A stretch of DNA of 64,000 nt, from contig NW_027266271.1 of the NCBI RefSeq assembly GCF_022045235.1, positions 4,030,001-4,094,000 of the forward strand, written 5' to 3'. Under the pieces are notes generated by a model. It searched no databases. It saw only the letters and a list, made by a program, of their open reading frames with translations, and had not been told where the DNA came from. Of this stretch, positions 39,001-52,043 are shown piece after piece; positions within the stretch are counted from its first letter, which is position 1, and every line of letters begins with the position of its first letter. The translations under genes and the position numbers were made by a program. This DNA is from Haliotis cracherodii. Taxonomy: Eukaryota.

Positions 39001-40650
39001 TGTGGTAGTCGCATCCATATGTTATCTCCAACTGATTGGTGCGGTGCTGTAAGGCCGTCGATATGGACCGTATTAGAGATCCAATTTGTGAAATCGAGAG
39101 TGTGTTCTGATCTCTGTGATCCCATGATCCCATGATGTCGGTAAGGGATTAGTCACTGGAGGAACTGAACTAGTAGAAGGGTCTATCACCGGAGGTTGGG
39201 AGGGATGCGTCACGACCAGGGAGTGCGACTTGTCAGGTGCTCCAAATCTATAGTGTTGAGATGTTGAGATGAGTGTCGCTAAGGATGACGTTGAGAGTCT
39301 GGGTCCTAGGAACATGATCGATCAAGGTGACAATGACATTCAGAAAAACAGGAACGGCTGTGGTCATGTTCAGAGGATCGATCTGTCAAGTGTTGACGAT
39401 CTGTATACTCGGAAAAGTTCTCCTCCTGACAAACTGTCTTCTGTTTGGAAGACTGCTTCAATATCGAAAACTGTTCTCATGAAGATCGAAGTTGAGGTGA
39501 ATGGTCTGAGAATCAATCTTTAGACTGTCGATTTCTGGGCGATCGATCCTGCGACCGACCTCTTGAATAAGCGTTTCCCTTAGACTGTCGACCCTTGAAG
39601 ACTTGATCCTGAGAGTGATGGCTCGATGTCCACCTCTCCTGAGAATATCGACCCTTTGGGCGAGATTCGGTAGTTTGATCTCCTGAATGTTGACCTCTGG
39701 AGGCTCGGTCCTGAGAGTGACGGTTCGATGTCGACCTCTCCTGAGAAGAACGACCCTTTGGGCGAGATTCGGTAGTTTGATCTCCTGAATGTCAACCTCT
39801 GAAGGCTGGATCCTGAGAGTGACAATTCAATGTTGACCTGTCCTGCGTCTTTGAGGGTCAATCTATAGGATGTCGACCCTTCTCTCAATGTTGATCGTCC
39901 GTAGTTGGTCGAATGTAACTCTTCTTCTGTTCTGTCCAGAGGATGACATCGCAATCGTACTTTTGGTCGATTCAACGTTCATCGCGGTGGTTACAACTGG
40001 GATAGCCTGATCAAAGTCAACTGGTCTAACTGCGACCTCTGTAAATCAGTAGACTGGTCCTTGTTAATAGCCAGTACCATACATGTGTCCGACGTATCTT
40101 CGGCCTGGGAGTTCATGATAATTGGTGGATCGCTAGTAGTAGTCGATTGGGAAGAAGTGGTGGGCGTTTCTTCGTCCAAAAAGCTGTCTCAGTCCTATAG
40201 GGATGTCGTGGTGGCTGACAGGAGGCTACTTGACCACTGATTTAGGGTCGGGTGGATGCTAGCCTTTGGTTTTGTCCACGAGGAAGGTCCATGTTCTGTG
40301 TCCTTGGAATCAGATCTGCTATCTATGTTCCTTTTCTTGCATTTCTTCACGTATTCTGTGAACGCCACTTGTGAATGATTCTGGACACAGGAACGTTGGT
40401 TTACAGACTCCCCGACAGTCACAGCAAAAACTGTGTGGATCCACTGCAGAAAAGATATGTCTGCACTTCTTACAGTTTGGGCGTTTTTGTTGGCCTATGC
40501 CCATTCTTGATGCAAGAAGCGTGCCTAACTCCTGTGAAAATTTTGAGAAAAAAAGGCCAACATTATTCTTTCAAAAATATTGTCAGGGTGGTCTCCATGG
40601 TGATGCAAGAAGCTGGAAACTGTGATATTTACAAGAGATATTCAGATATA
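36060..40650 (-). mobile_element. DIRS-type retrotransposon 3, decayed
   Basis: ITR match 36082-36133 vs 40586-40620, ICR at ~36275-36360. YR HETRTVASTMAL...CFWKSDTVFTYHYLRD. RNase H LFVDASTVGLGAHL. Gag zinc finger CKKC..DPHSFCCDC (40319-40504). Confidence 0.88.
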
Positions 40651-40654
40651 CATA

Positions 40655-41786
40655 GCGTATTTTCTTGAGTATAGTGCGCACCCATGTATAATGCGCACCC
40701 ATGTATAATGTGCACCCCCCTCTAGCCCATTCAATATTTTGGAAAAAACAAATTTGAATACCAAGCTAAGAAAAAAAATTACACCATACCGCTTTTGCGA
40801 AGTCCGGCAAACGAACGGGTGATGAGAAACTTCGTCAGTAGTACAAATTCAAAATTTGAGATAAAAAATCACCAGACATGTTGATTTACCGATTAAATTG
40901 TATTTTTTGTTCTGCTAGGCATTGTTTTACATCCAGGGATTAAGATTACCTTGTGTATAATCTCGTAAACTAAGCCGGACACAGCAATCAGCTGTACACA
41001 CGTTTTCTTGGAATCTACCAGTGATTCGGTCAAGACACACCCAATCATATAACTTTACAGGATTTTAATGCAAGGATCAGCAAAAATTGTATCTGAAACT
41101 ATTTTTTTATCAGGAATGATATATTCCAATATATTGTTAATTTAGATGCAGCTTTTACTAAACATATTTGAATTAATAATAACCCTAAGCGAAGCAGCTG
41201 ATCACTATTGCCGGGTATCATTTTTTACATGGAACCAGTCTGACCAGTCACCGTCAAGGCTCCCAAGCACGTGATCGCGTGATCGCGAGAATTACGTGTT
41301 GACATAGAATCGTCCAACAAAAACAAATATGACTTTTAACGAGTCACAGTATGGCATTTATGATATATGTATCCATTCTCTGTCAACTAAAGTTTGTTTC
41401 AAGGCATCAATAGCGGTAATCTGACCGTGGTTGCTGTTAATACCGGTAAGTTGTGTGATCTTCCGATCACTTCACACACGATTTCGCCGAAATTAATTAA
41501 AACAATATTAAAAGGAATTTTGAATAAAATTAATGAAATAAGTTACAAACATAAGTCCAGATATACAAAGAACACTTTTTATAGCCAGACAGTGTAATTA
41601 CATGATTAATTTGCGAACTTCAGTATGGATTTGTTGACATGGTATTTCCGGTGTTACGTGCTCACGGCAATGTCTTTCCATGGGGGAAAAACATCAAAAC
41701 TCTTTCATTCGTGTATAATGCGCACCCCCTTCTACACAGCTGTGTTTTTTGGAAAAAAAGTGTACACTATACTCAAGAAAATACGG
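40655..41786. mobile_element. pogo/Tigger-like MITE, complete
   Basis: TIRs (g/c)cgtattttcttgagtatagtg and cactatactcaagaaaatacgg with TA TSD. Subterminal repeats tataatgcgcaccc. Confidence 0.9.
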
Positions 41787-41957
41787 TAGATATTTTGGAC
41801 TAAACATATTTCTTTATTTTTTGTGCAGCTTGAACCTATACAACTCTACTTGACGGCACTGTACTCGTTTATACACAAGGGTAAAGGTAAAGAAACTCAT
41901 ATATTGAAGTTCAAGAGAGTAAAGAAAGTGGTCAGAGTAAAGGTTTGATGTTACAAG

Positions 41958-42742
41958 GAAGTCCCATGGACGTTACATGAAAGTCCCATGGACGTTACAT
42001 GAAAGTCCCATGGACGTTACATGAGAGTCCCATGGATGTTACATGAAAGTCCCATGGGTGTTACATGAAAGTCACATGGATGTTACATGAAAGTCACATG
42101 GGTGTTACATGAAAGTCACATGGATGTTACATGAAAGTCACATGGGTGTTACATGAAAGTCCCATGGACGTTACATGAAAGTCCCATGGGTGTTACATGA
42201 AAGTCCCATGGGTGTTACATGAAAGTCCCATGGGTGTTACATGAAAGTCACATGGATGTTACATGAAAGTCCCATGGACGTTACATGAAAGTCCCATGGA
42301 CGTTACATGAAAGTCACATGGGCGTTACATGAAAGTCACATGGGTGTTACATGAAAGTCACATGGGTGTTACATGAAAGTCCCATGGATGTTACATGAAA
42401 GTCACATGGGTGTTACATGAAAGTCACATGGATGTTACATGAAAGTCACATGGATGTTACATGAAAGTCACATGGGTGTTACATGAAAGTCACATGGTTG
42501 TTACATGAAAGTCACATGGATGTTACATGAAAGTCACATGGGTGTTACATGAAAGTCACATGGGTGTTACATGAAAGTCACATGGATGTTACATGAAAGT
42601 CCCATGGACGTTACATGAAAGTCCCATGGACGTTACATGAAAGTCCCATGGATGTTACATGAAAGTCCCATGGGTGTTACATGAAAGTCCCATGGGTGTT
42701 ACATGAAAGTCCCATGGATGTTACATGAATGTTACATGAAGC
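41958..42742. repeat. 22-bp minisatellite, ~35 units
   Basis: Unit gtc(c/a)catgg(a/g)(c/t)gttacatgaaa. Confidence 0.97.
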
Positions 42743-42954
42743 TTATAATAGTTGAAGATATAAGAAGCTATATGACTGCGGTTTTATTTAAAAAGTTTAC
42801 CACTGATAAACTCAAATGTATACTGATGTGTCAGAAGAACAAGGGAACATTAAGCCACGTATTGAGTTCAAGATTCAGTTGGCCTTTTTTATTCCCACAC
42901 AAGGTATTCAGGGTCAGTTTAGTTTGAATCATTGGAATAAGCGACAAGACTTAC

Positions 42955-43104
42955 GAGTGCTTCGGTGAGAAGATCTGCTCTGTGATCTGTAGAAAACTTC
43001 ATTGTGTCTGTTTTCTTCACACCTTTCTTCATTGTAATAATGAACTCTGTGTTGGTGGGTCCACGCACATTGGGTACAATACTGATGAACTCACTGTAGG
43101 GCCA
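42955..43104 (-). CDS. DNAJC13: DNAJC13 coding exon 3 (WPYSEF...FSTDHRADLLTEAL)
   Basis: ttccag acceptor, GTAAGT donor, 150 nt = 50 codons. RME-8 motif FSTxHRxxLLTEAL. Confidence 0.96.
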
Positions 43105-43409
43105 CTGGAACATAAACTAACCTAGATCAAACACATACTGTGTTGGTTGAAATACTAGCCAAGATTACTTCATTCATACATAAACACAAAGAGACTGACC
43201 TACTTCCATCTGATTTCAATATGCAGTCTATGCGTTTGGAGCTTTGAGACTCAATTTTCTGGCTGATTTGAATAATATGCCAAAATCTCTGTTCTCTTTG
43301 ATCATATAACACATACCTCAAAACATGCCTTATTTACATCTGTTGTCGTTGGTTACCAATCAGAGTTATCTGTCCTTGATCCCTCACTGCCTTTTCATCA
43401 GTACCTAGC

Positions 43410-44268
43410 CTGATCTCCAGACAGGGGACTGACAGGGGAGCCTAAGACTTGTGACAGGATAAATGGACTGATCTCCAGACAGGGGACTGACAGGGGAGCC
43501 TAAGACTTGTGACAGGATAAATGGACTGATATCCAGACAGGGGACTGACAGGGGAGCCTAAGACTTGTGACAGGATAAATGGACTGATATCCAGACAGGG
43601 GACATACAGGCAGGCCTCAGACTTGTGACAGGATAAATGGACTGATATCCAGACAGGGGACATACAGGCAGGCCTCAGACTTGTGACAAGATAAATGGAC
43701 TGATATCTAGACAGGGGACATACAGGCAGGCCTCAGACTTGTGACAAGATAAATGGACTGATATCTAGACAGGGGACATACAGGCAGGCCTAAGACTTGT
43801 GACAGGATAAATGGACTGATCTCCAGACAGGGGACATACAGGCAGGCCTCAGACTTGTGACAGGATAAATGGACTGATATCCAGACAGGGGACATACAGG
43901 CAGGCCTCAGACTTGTGACAGGATAAATGGACTGATATCTAGACAGGGGACATACAGGCAGGCCTCAGACTTGTGACAGGATAAATGGACTGATATCCAG
44001 ACAGGGGACATACAGGCAGGCCTCAGACTTGTGACAAGATAAATGGACTGATATCTAGACAGGGGACATACAGGCAGGCCTCAGACTTGTGACAGGATAA
44101 ATGGACTGATATCTAGACAGGGGACATACAGGCAGGCCTCAGACTTGTGACAGGATAAATGGACTGATATCTAGACAGGGGACATACAGGCAGGCCTCAG
44201 ACTTGTGACAGGATAAATGGACTGATATCTAGACAGGGGACATACAGGCAGGCCTCAGACTTGTGACA
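43410..44268. repeat. 58-bp minisatellite, ~15 units
   Basis: Unit tgatatccagacaggggacatacaggcaggcctcagacttgtgacaggataaatggac. Confidence 0.97.
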
Positions 44269-44407
44269 GAAAAAATGTAGAAGGGTCTACAAACTTGCAG
44301 TATTTGTAACAATCATTTGCTGTACAAAAAGCTATTCAACCACATACCCATGCACACAAAAATACCCTTTCTGCTAACCATGAAGGGAAGTTATACAGCT
44401 CATGTAC

Positions 44408-44483
44408 CTGATTTGTCACCTCATATGTGTTCGGATTGTAGGTCGTGATTCCATGTGTCCCAACAGAAAATATTCTCTTGTAT
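44408..44483 (-). CDS. DNAJC13: DNAJC13 coding exon 2 ([26 protein letters not shown])
   Basis: ttttcag acceptor, CAG|GTACAT donor, 76 nt. Close to vertebrate [25 protein letters not shown]. Confidence 0.96.
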
Positions 44484-45568
44484 CTGAAAACAAGACAAAC
44501 ATTGAATCTTATATATTGAATTGGCACTTACAGCAAATGAGGGTCAAACTTTTCACACTGAAACTTTGGAAAAACCTGAGAAACTGTCATCCTTATTTTA
44601 CACCAATCTCACTATGTATATATGCAACAAAACACAAAGAAAGGAGCATCCAAATTGTACACTGTCATTGTATGTCCCAGCAAGAGACCACAGAAGGTTC
44701 TAAGATGACCATCCCTGGTCCCACAACATGCTGTACCACAACTCACCTTATGATGGTGTCACAAAAACATACTATCTGTAGCTTGATACAAGTTCTACAC
44801 ACTTTAGATAACTTTGACAGAAGTCAACTGAAGACCATAAGGCTTAAAATACAAAAACTGTTTGTCAGGTAAGACTTTTGGAAAGGTGGTTCCATCAGAC
44901 TGTTGTTGTATTCAATTGGTCTTAGGATGGCATATATGGTCTCTTTGCATTAACATGTAACATACAGTTTCCACCACTGCTTGGAGGAAAATACAACCTC
45001 TATTTCAGAAACCTGCCCGTTTGATTTTAAAAAAAATCAGAACATCACTTCATTATAAAGGTCTGATACACATCCCTTAAACATTTGTTAAACATTTGTT
45101 AGCAATATTTTCAATGAAGAGAAGAGAAGATGAGAAGAGCTTGGTGTGAAGGCTGTATTCTTGACATGTGCTGTTGCTGTGACTGTTTCTTATTTTTCAA
45201 ACAAAAACTCTACTTAATATACTTGGCCTCCTCCTAAAGCTTTGGGTTTGTGTTATTAGCCTGTCCAGGGAAGTTTATAGACAGATAACAGGACAGGAAG
45301 GACAGACAATGTGTCACGACAAAATAGGCTCACTTTGACCTTTTATCTGTTGACCTAGCATAAAATAAAAATTGTTATGTTCTAGTTGAGTGCAAGGCTC
45401 AAGCCCCTTAACCACAAAAGCCCCCAGGGATTTGTTTGAAAAAGAGTCAATAGATCTCCATGGGTATGGTGCAAAGATCGACAGAAATTAATTTGCAACC
45501 CCTATCAAACCACAAATAAAACACAGACATAGTTAATGGATATGTATTAAAACCAGAAATAATATCAC

Positions 45569-47113
45569 TTAAGGATTGAAGTTGTATTTGTTGACGTTCA
45601 TCAGCTGATGAAGATGCGATGAACGTCAACAAATTCAATTTCAATGCTTATATTGACAGATACATAAATCATTACAAAACAATCCATTAAACATTAAACT
45701 TTAAATATTTAAAGCGAACTATATCAATGCGGAGAGTCATGATGTCATCCGTCCCAAACATTCCATTTGGAGTGACATTCCTTTGTTTTACCAACAGCAG
45801 AAAATGGCAGCTACAGCAATGTCATTCATAAAAGTTGCACCCAGTAAAGTTAGTGTTGGAAAGAAAACCAGACCCAGCTGATGCTGAAAATGGATTGATA
45901 TTAACGTTCTGTTAACTTTGGGTGTGTGTTAAGACATACTACGGCTGCTGAGGATGGTGATTACCACTTGAGGCGGCGCAGTTGGATTTCCCAAAGCAAT
46001 ACACGACAGTGTTGAGCTCAGTGATTTCTTTTGGTGAGTAGAGCATTTTCTGTTGTAGCTTGGAATGGACATGGACGCTTCATTTCGGTGACCCGACATA
46101 TACATGATCTGTCTGGCTTCAAAGCCTGCATCATTCACAGCCTGATTCAATGTTGCTCTCAGTTTTTCCCTTAAGACTTTTAATGTTATTTTTAGACATT
46201 GAGGAATTCACCTTAAGTTGTTCTGCATGTCTCCGCTCCATTGACAATGTAAGCACATGACATACTGACGTACATCGGGAAATAATTAAATCTTCATTGT
46301 GTTCATTGAAATTCCTGCATTCTGATTAGCTGAATTGGTCATGTGTTACCGCATTCATTTCCAAATGAATTTTAAACATTAAGCCGCACCCACCGAGGCA
46401 TACTACTTTTATTACAGCCGAATGTCAGGGAATCCCAATATTACAGTCGAGGGAATTCCCTTTCAGCTCACATGTATTGTCATGCACAGGACACTTAGCG
46501 ACTTTCATGCATACTCATTGTCCAAACTACCCTTTGCAACCGAAGGCCAAGAATGAATGAAACAGCAAACGTGCAGGCTCGCTCGCCTGTTTTTTTCCCT
46601 CTCACCTAGGTTCAACTTTCATGTCTTCGGGTTTCATTTCTAACTAGCATTTTTCCAACTGTGTTTTACCGTAATCAGGGAAGTGATGTTTGAATCTGGC
46701 GGTAACTGACCATGTTATTTGAAACAGCTGCCTTCTACCAGACTATTTCTTCCGGTTCGTTACAGTCTGACTGTTGCAGTTCTTTTTGCCTCTTGCCTGA
46801 ATTGACAGGTCCAAAGAACATTGTTTTGATCCTACTCTCAGTTGATTGGCTACTGACTGTGGAGGCGTGTCAAGTTATGTGCAAAAATTAAACGATCACT
46901 AGATTCATGTCACGCCACAGTATGTATTCCTACACCTGGAATGTTGATCAATCTCGTCATTTTTGTCTGTTTTGATATATACAACTGTTTTTGGTTAAAC
47001 TATTGTACATAAAACATGTTTTATGTTGTCAAATTTAATTATAAGCATTGACTGTGTATTTTTTTTTATTCATACCTCAATGAACCAAAAAAATATACAC
47101 AGACAATCCTTAA
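45569..47113 (-). mobile_element. Crypton-like (tyrosine-recombinase DNA transposon) remnant
   Basis: YR C-terminal motif AGFEARQIMYMSGHRNEASM..YNR (45929-46150). Ends ttaaggattg and caatccttaa. Confidence 0.62.
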
Positions 47114-48340
47114 AAAAAAAACAGTCAGCTTGGTAGTGTTCACCTAGGTGAGGTCACCCGCTACTGTCAATATTGATTCATAAATAAGCATTAGCATCAC
47201 CGGATAGTTTTGTGAGTATTGTAAAGTACGATGGGTCACTGTTTGATATCGACCTATGAGTGATCGCATTATGGGAATCGTCCTAAAGAGACGAATTGAG
47301 TAACTATTTTTAAATGACATCAACCAAAATCTAGCCGATGTGAAATGCTGGCAATTAGGTAAACGCTCTGTGACAAGTAAGGTTTGTTTCACCAGTAATG
47401 TCTGGTCAGTGTTGTAAATACAACACAAATAGTTGGTGTGATTACCAAATCAGTTCCCACATGATTTTGACGAAAATTAAATAAAGTATAAGTGATTAAT
47501 TGTTGACTAATACTACTACATTAATATAAAGGACCACAGATAAAACAAAGATATAGTGTTCACCATCTTATAAAATATGGAGCACATCTGAATACATTTG
47601 TTGAAATGCCAGTGGTAATGTTTTTGCTTTGGAAGGAAAGTAGAAACTTAATGCATGTCCGTATATTATGCAACCCTGTTTTAAACCATGTGTAGAGACT
47701 ATCATATAAACTTTCAGGCTTAGTAATAAAAAGAAGTTTCAAAACTTGCTCTAAGTATAGACAGAAGGTTAGACTGACAAGTTCTGCAATAAACTCACTT
47801 GGACCTTCCACATCCTGGTGAGCTACCCATTCATCCATTCATTGTTCAAGTGAACATAGACAAACAAGAGTCATCAGGAGATGACATATCCCCCTATTTT
47901 GGTGCCATTTGGAAATGGAGTTAAGCTACTTATAGCCAACTTTTGGTTCATTGCATTTGGATACTTTCAGTTCAGTGAAGAAAAACATAATGCTTTTCAG
48001 TATTGTTCAAAATTCCAAATCATCGAAAGGCACTGACTTCATTTTCAGTATAAGTCCAACTTGTCAAGAAAACAAAACAAAAAATTTATTTTTTTAAATC
48101 CCAAAATCTTCAAAAAACTGCAGTTCACCAATAGACTGATCTGGAAAGCAAGTTTCAAGAAGAAATTTTCAATAACTTAGAAGCTCTGCTCCAGAAACGA
48201 AAAATGGAAGGAGGACAGAGGAACGAACAAAACCCGGGGATAACAATTTAGTGAAAGTGACATTGGGTGCTGTGCCATTGTATAAGCTGTAATGGTCTAA
48301 ATGACCTAGGGCCTGTAGAGCTAGTACTGGCAGTACATAC

Positions 48341-48408
48341 TTTCCTTTCCATGAGTGCTTTGTGATGAAATAACAGGCAACATCTGTGTTGTCCTTTATA
48401 GATGACAT
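48341..48408 (-). CDS. DNAJC13: DNAJC13/RME-8 coding exon 1 (MSSIKDNTDVACYFITKHSWKG+AA)
   Basis: Matches the RME-8 N-terminus (xxACxxxTKHSWxGKYKR). ATG at 48408, acceptor tttcag|ccagctATG upstream, donor GTATGT. 68 nt, phase 2. Confidence 0.93.
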
Positions 48409-48925
48409 AGCTGGCTGAAACACAAAAATATGCAGTGAGACACCATGAGCAAAGGAAAACATAGTGCCATGACAATGTAGGTACAACACAGCAATGTTGC
48501 TGTCACAGTTTCAGAAATGATATTCAAATATTTTGTACATAAATCATGAAATACTGTTAACAAACTGACTACTATGAAACAACTAAATTCAACAAAGTTT
48601 CTTAATTTGCAACAATGAATGTAACATATTGTATAACATAGCAGCAATGCATTTTATTAAAATGAAGTTTAAACTCTGGTCCACAAGATTTACTCCACTG
48701 GGTCATGCTGTTGTATGTTTGCAATAGTTTTCTCAAAAGTCTATGGGACTTATAGGTATTGGAAATGGGAATTGAATGGAAAAGTACATTCATTTCCAAT
48801 TTCTTAAACATTTGTTTATAACATATCACATTTGGTCTTGTTGTTCTCAAATGTCTTGGTATGTTGTCAGATGTTCAGTTTAAGTATTATTTGAACCCTG
48901 AAATACAGGATACATGTCAGAAAGA

Positions 48926-49629
48926 CTACCGCAGTAAAGAGAGGGTGACAGTGCCTACATAGCAGTTCATCACAAGCAGAATGTGGCTCAACCTAGTGTT
49001 GGCCTGAAAGGGCTACTGCAGTAAAGAGAGGGTGACAGTGCCTACATAGCAGTTCATCACAAGCAGAATGTGGCTCGACCTAGTGTTGGCCTGAAAGGGC
49101 TACTGCAGTAAAGAGAGGGTGACAGTGCCTACATACCAGTTCATCACAAGCAGAATGTGGCTCGACCTAGTGTTGGCCTGAAAGGGCCACTGCAGTAAAG
49201 AGAGGGTGACAGTGCCTACATAGCAGTTCATCACAAGCAGAATGTGGCTCGACCTAGTGTTGGCCTGAAAGGGCCACTGCAGTAAAGAGAGGGTGACAGT
49301 GCCTACATAGCAGTTCATCACAAGCAGAATGTGGCTCGACCTAGTGTCGGCCTGAAAGGGCCACTGCAGTAAAGAGAGGGTGACAGTGCCTACATACCAG
49401 TTCATCACAAGCAGAATGTGGCTCGACCTAGTGTTGGCCTGAAAGGGCCACTGCAGTAAAGAGAGGGTGACAGTGCCTACATACCAGTTCATCACAAGCA
49501 GAATGTGGCTCGACCTAGTGTTGGCCTGAAAGGGCCACTGCAGTAAAGAGAGGGTGACAGTGCCTACATACCAGTTCATCACAAGCAGAATGTGGCTCGA
49601 CCTAGTGTTGGCCTGAAAGGGCTACTGCA
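48926..49629. repeat. 87-bp minisatellite, ~8 units
   Basis: Unit ctgcagtaaagagagggtgacagtgcctacata...ggcctgaaagggcca. Confidence 0.97.
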
Positions 49630-49719
49630 CTCATTTACAGAGGCAAGACATTGTTCATCAAATTAAGTGTGTAAGGGAAGTAATCACATAGTAGTCAAAA
49701 ATAGGGTTTAAGTTGTAAA

Positions 49720-50265
49720 AAACAAGAGTCATCAGAAAGATGACATATCTCCCCGGCAGCTGTCTGTAAAGTAACCACTAGTAAATGTGCAATTCTGTAT
49801 GTAATGAGTCAACAGTTGAATATTCTTTTAGAAGCATACATTGTTTACCCACTCAATGGTTCTCGAATTCTGGCCCGGAAACGAACCCGTTCCCCAATGG
49901 AGTCTAGGTCCAACTTCTTTCCATAAAAATTGTAAAAATTAAAAATTCGTAAAAATAAAAATATCAAAAGGCACCACTTTGGTATGTGCCTGATATCTTT
50001 GTCAAGTTTCGATCAAATACACTGAATGGTTTTCGAATTCTGCCCCGGAAACGAACCCCATCCCCAATTGAGTCTATGTCCAACTTCATTCCATAAAATT
50101 TAAAAAAAGAAAAATTACAAAAATTACAAAATATCAAAAGGCACCACTTCTGTATGTGCCTGATGGATTTGCCAAGTTTCGATCAAATACAGTGAATGGT
50201 TTTCGAATTCTGCCCCCCGAAACGAACCCCATCCCCAATTGAGTCTATATCCAACTTCATTCCAT
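49720..50265 (+). mobile_element. Second HINE-like family with ~170-bp internal tandem repeats
   Basis: Head aaacaagagtcatcagaaagatgacatatctcccc, also seen at ~47862. Repeats start at ~49856, 50026 and 50197. Confidence 0.6.
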
Positions 50266-52012
50266 TAACATGCACCTGATACACTCACAACAAGAAAGCC
50301 TGGGAGTCACTCACTCATGCATTAACTTGCACCTGATACACACACAACAAGAAAGCCTGGGAGTCACTCACTCATGCATTAACTTGCACCTGATACACCC
50401 ACAACAAGAAAGCCTGGGAGTCACTCACTCATGCATTAACTTGCACCCGATACACCCACAACAAGAAAGCCTGGGAGTCACTCACTCATGCATTAACTTG
50501 CACCCGATACACCCACAACAAGAAAGCCTGGGAGTCACTCACTCATGCATCAACATGCACCTGATACACACAAAACAAGAAAGCCTGGGAGTCACTCACT
50601 CATGCATCAACATGCACCCAATACACCCACAACAAGAAAGCCTGGGAGTCACTCACTCATGCATTAACTTGCACCTGATACACTCACAACAAGAAAGCCT
50701 GGGAGTCACTCACTCATGCATTAACTTGCACCTGATACACACACAACAAGAAAGCCTGGGAGTCACTCACTCATGCATTAACTTGCACCTGATACACCCA
50801 CAACAAGAAAGCCTGGGAGTCACTCACTCATGCATTAACTTGCACCTGATACACACACAACAAGAAAGCCTGGGAGTCACTCACTCATGCATTAACTTGC
50901 ACCTGATACACACACAACAAGAAAGCCTGGGAGTCACTCACTCATGCATTAACTTGCACCTGATACACTCACAACAAGAAAGCCTGGGAGTCACTCACTC
51001 ATGCATTAACTTGCACCTGATACACCCACAACAAGAAAGCCTGGGAGTCACTCACTCATGCATTAACTTGCACCTGATACACACACAACAAGAAAGCCTG
51101 GGAGTCACTCACTCATGCATTAACTTGCACCTGATACACACACAACAAGAAAGCCTGGGAGTCACTCACTCATGCATTAACATGCACCTGATACACACAA
51201 AACAAGAAAGCCTGGGAGTCACTCACTCATGCATTAACTTGCACCTGATACACCCACAACAAGAAAGCCTGGGAGTCACTCACTCATGCATTAACTTGCA
51301 CCTGATACACACACAACAAGAAAGCCTGGGAGTCACTCACTCATGCATTAACTTGCACCCGATACACCCACAACAAGAAAGCCTGGGAGTCACTCACTCA
51401 TGCATTAACTTGCACCTGATACACACACAAGAAAGCCTGGGAGTCACTCACTCATGCATCAACATGCACCTGATACACACAAAACAAGAAAGCCTGGGAG
51501 TCACTCACTCATGCATTAACTTGCACCTGATACACCCACAACAAGAAAGCCTGGGAGTCACTCACTCATGCATTAACTTGCACCTGATACACCCACAACA
51601 AGAAAGCCTGGGAGTCACTCACTCATGCATTAACTTGCACCTGATACACCCACAACAAGAAAGCCTGGGAGTCACTCACTCATGCATTAACTTGCACCTG
51701 ATACACCCACAACAAGAAAGCCTGGGAGTCACTCACTCATGCATTAACTTGCACCTGATACACCCACAACAAGAAAGCCTGGGAGTCACTCACTCATGCA
51801 TTAACTTGCACCTGATACACCCACAACAAGAAAGCCTGGGAGTCACTCACTCATGCATTAACTTGCACCTGATACACCCACAACAAGAAAGCCTGGGAGT
51901 CACTCACTCATGCATTAACTTGCACCTGATACACTCACAACAAGAAAGCCTGGGAGTCACTCACTCATGCATTAACTTGCACCTGATACACCCACAACAA
52001 GAAAGCCTGGGG
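50263..52012. repeat. 57-bp minisatellite, ~30 units
   Basis: Unit cattaacttgcacctgatacacccacaacaagaaagcctgggagtcactcactcatg. Confidence 0.98.
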
Positions 52013-52043
52013 GTATTTAGTTAAAAAAATATAAAATGTCTCG

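Noticed and set aside
41394-41597. Duplicated ORF MFQGINSGNL... (also 52294-52608)
   Set aside because: Non-coding MITE interior present in two copies. The ORF lengths differ and there is no recognisable domain.
49100-49582. 160-aa repeat ORF on the host-gene strand just upstream of the start exon
   Set aside because: It is the 87-bp minisatellite, with stop-containing variant units and no splice support.
50270-52024. 584-aa ORF, the longest in the window
   Set aside because: It is a 57-bp (19-codon) minisatellite that happens to lack stops in one frame. It has no unique domain and no splice context, and it is antisense to the host gene.
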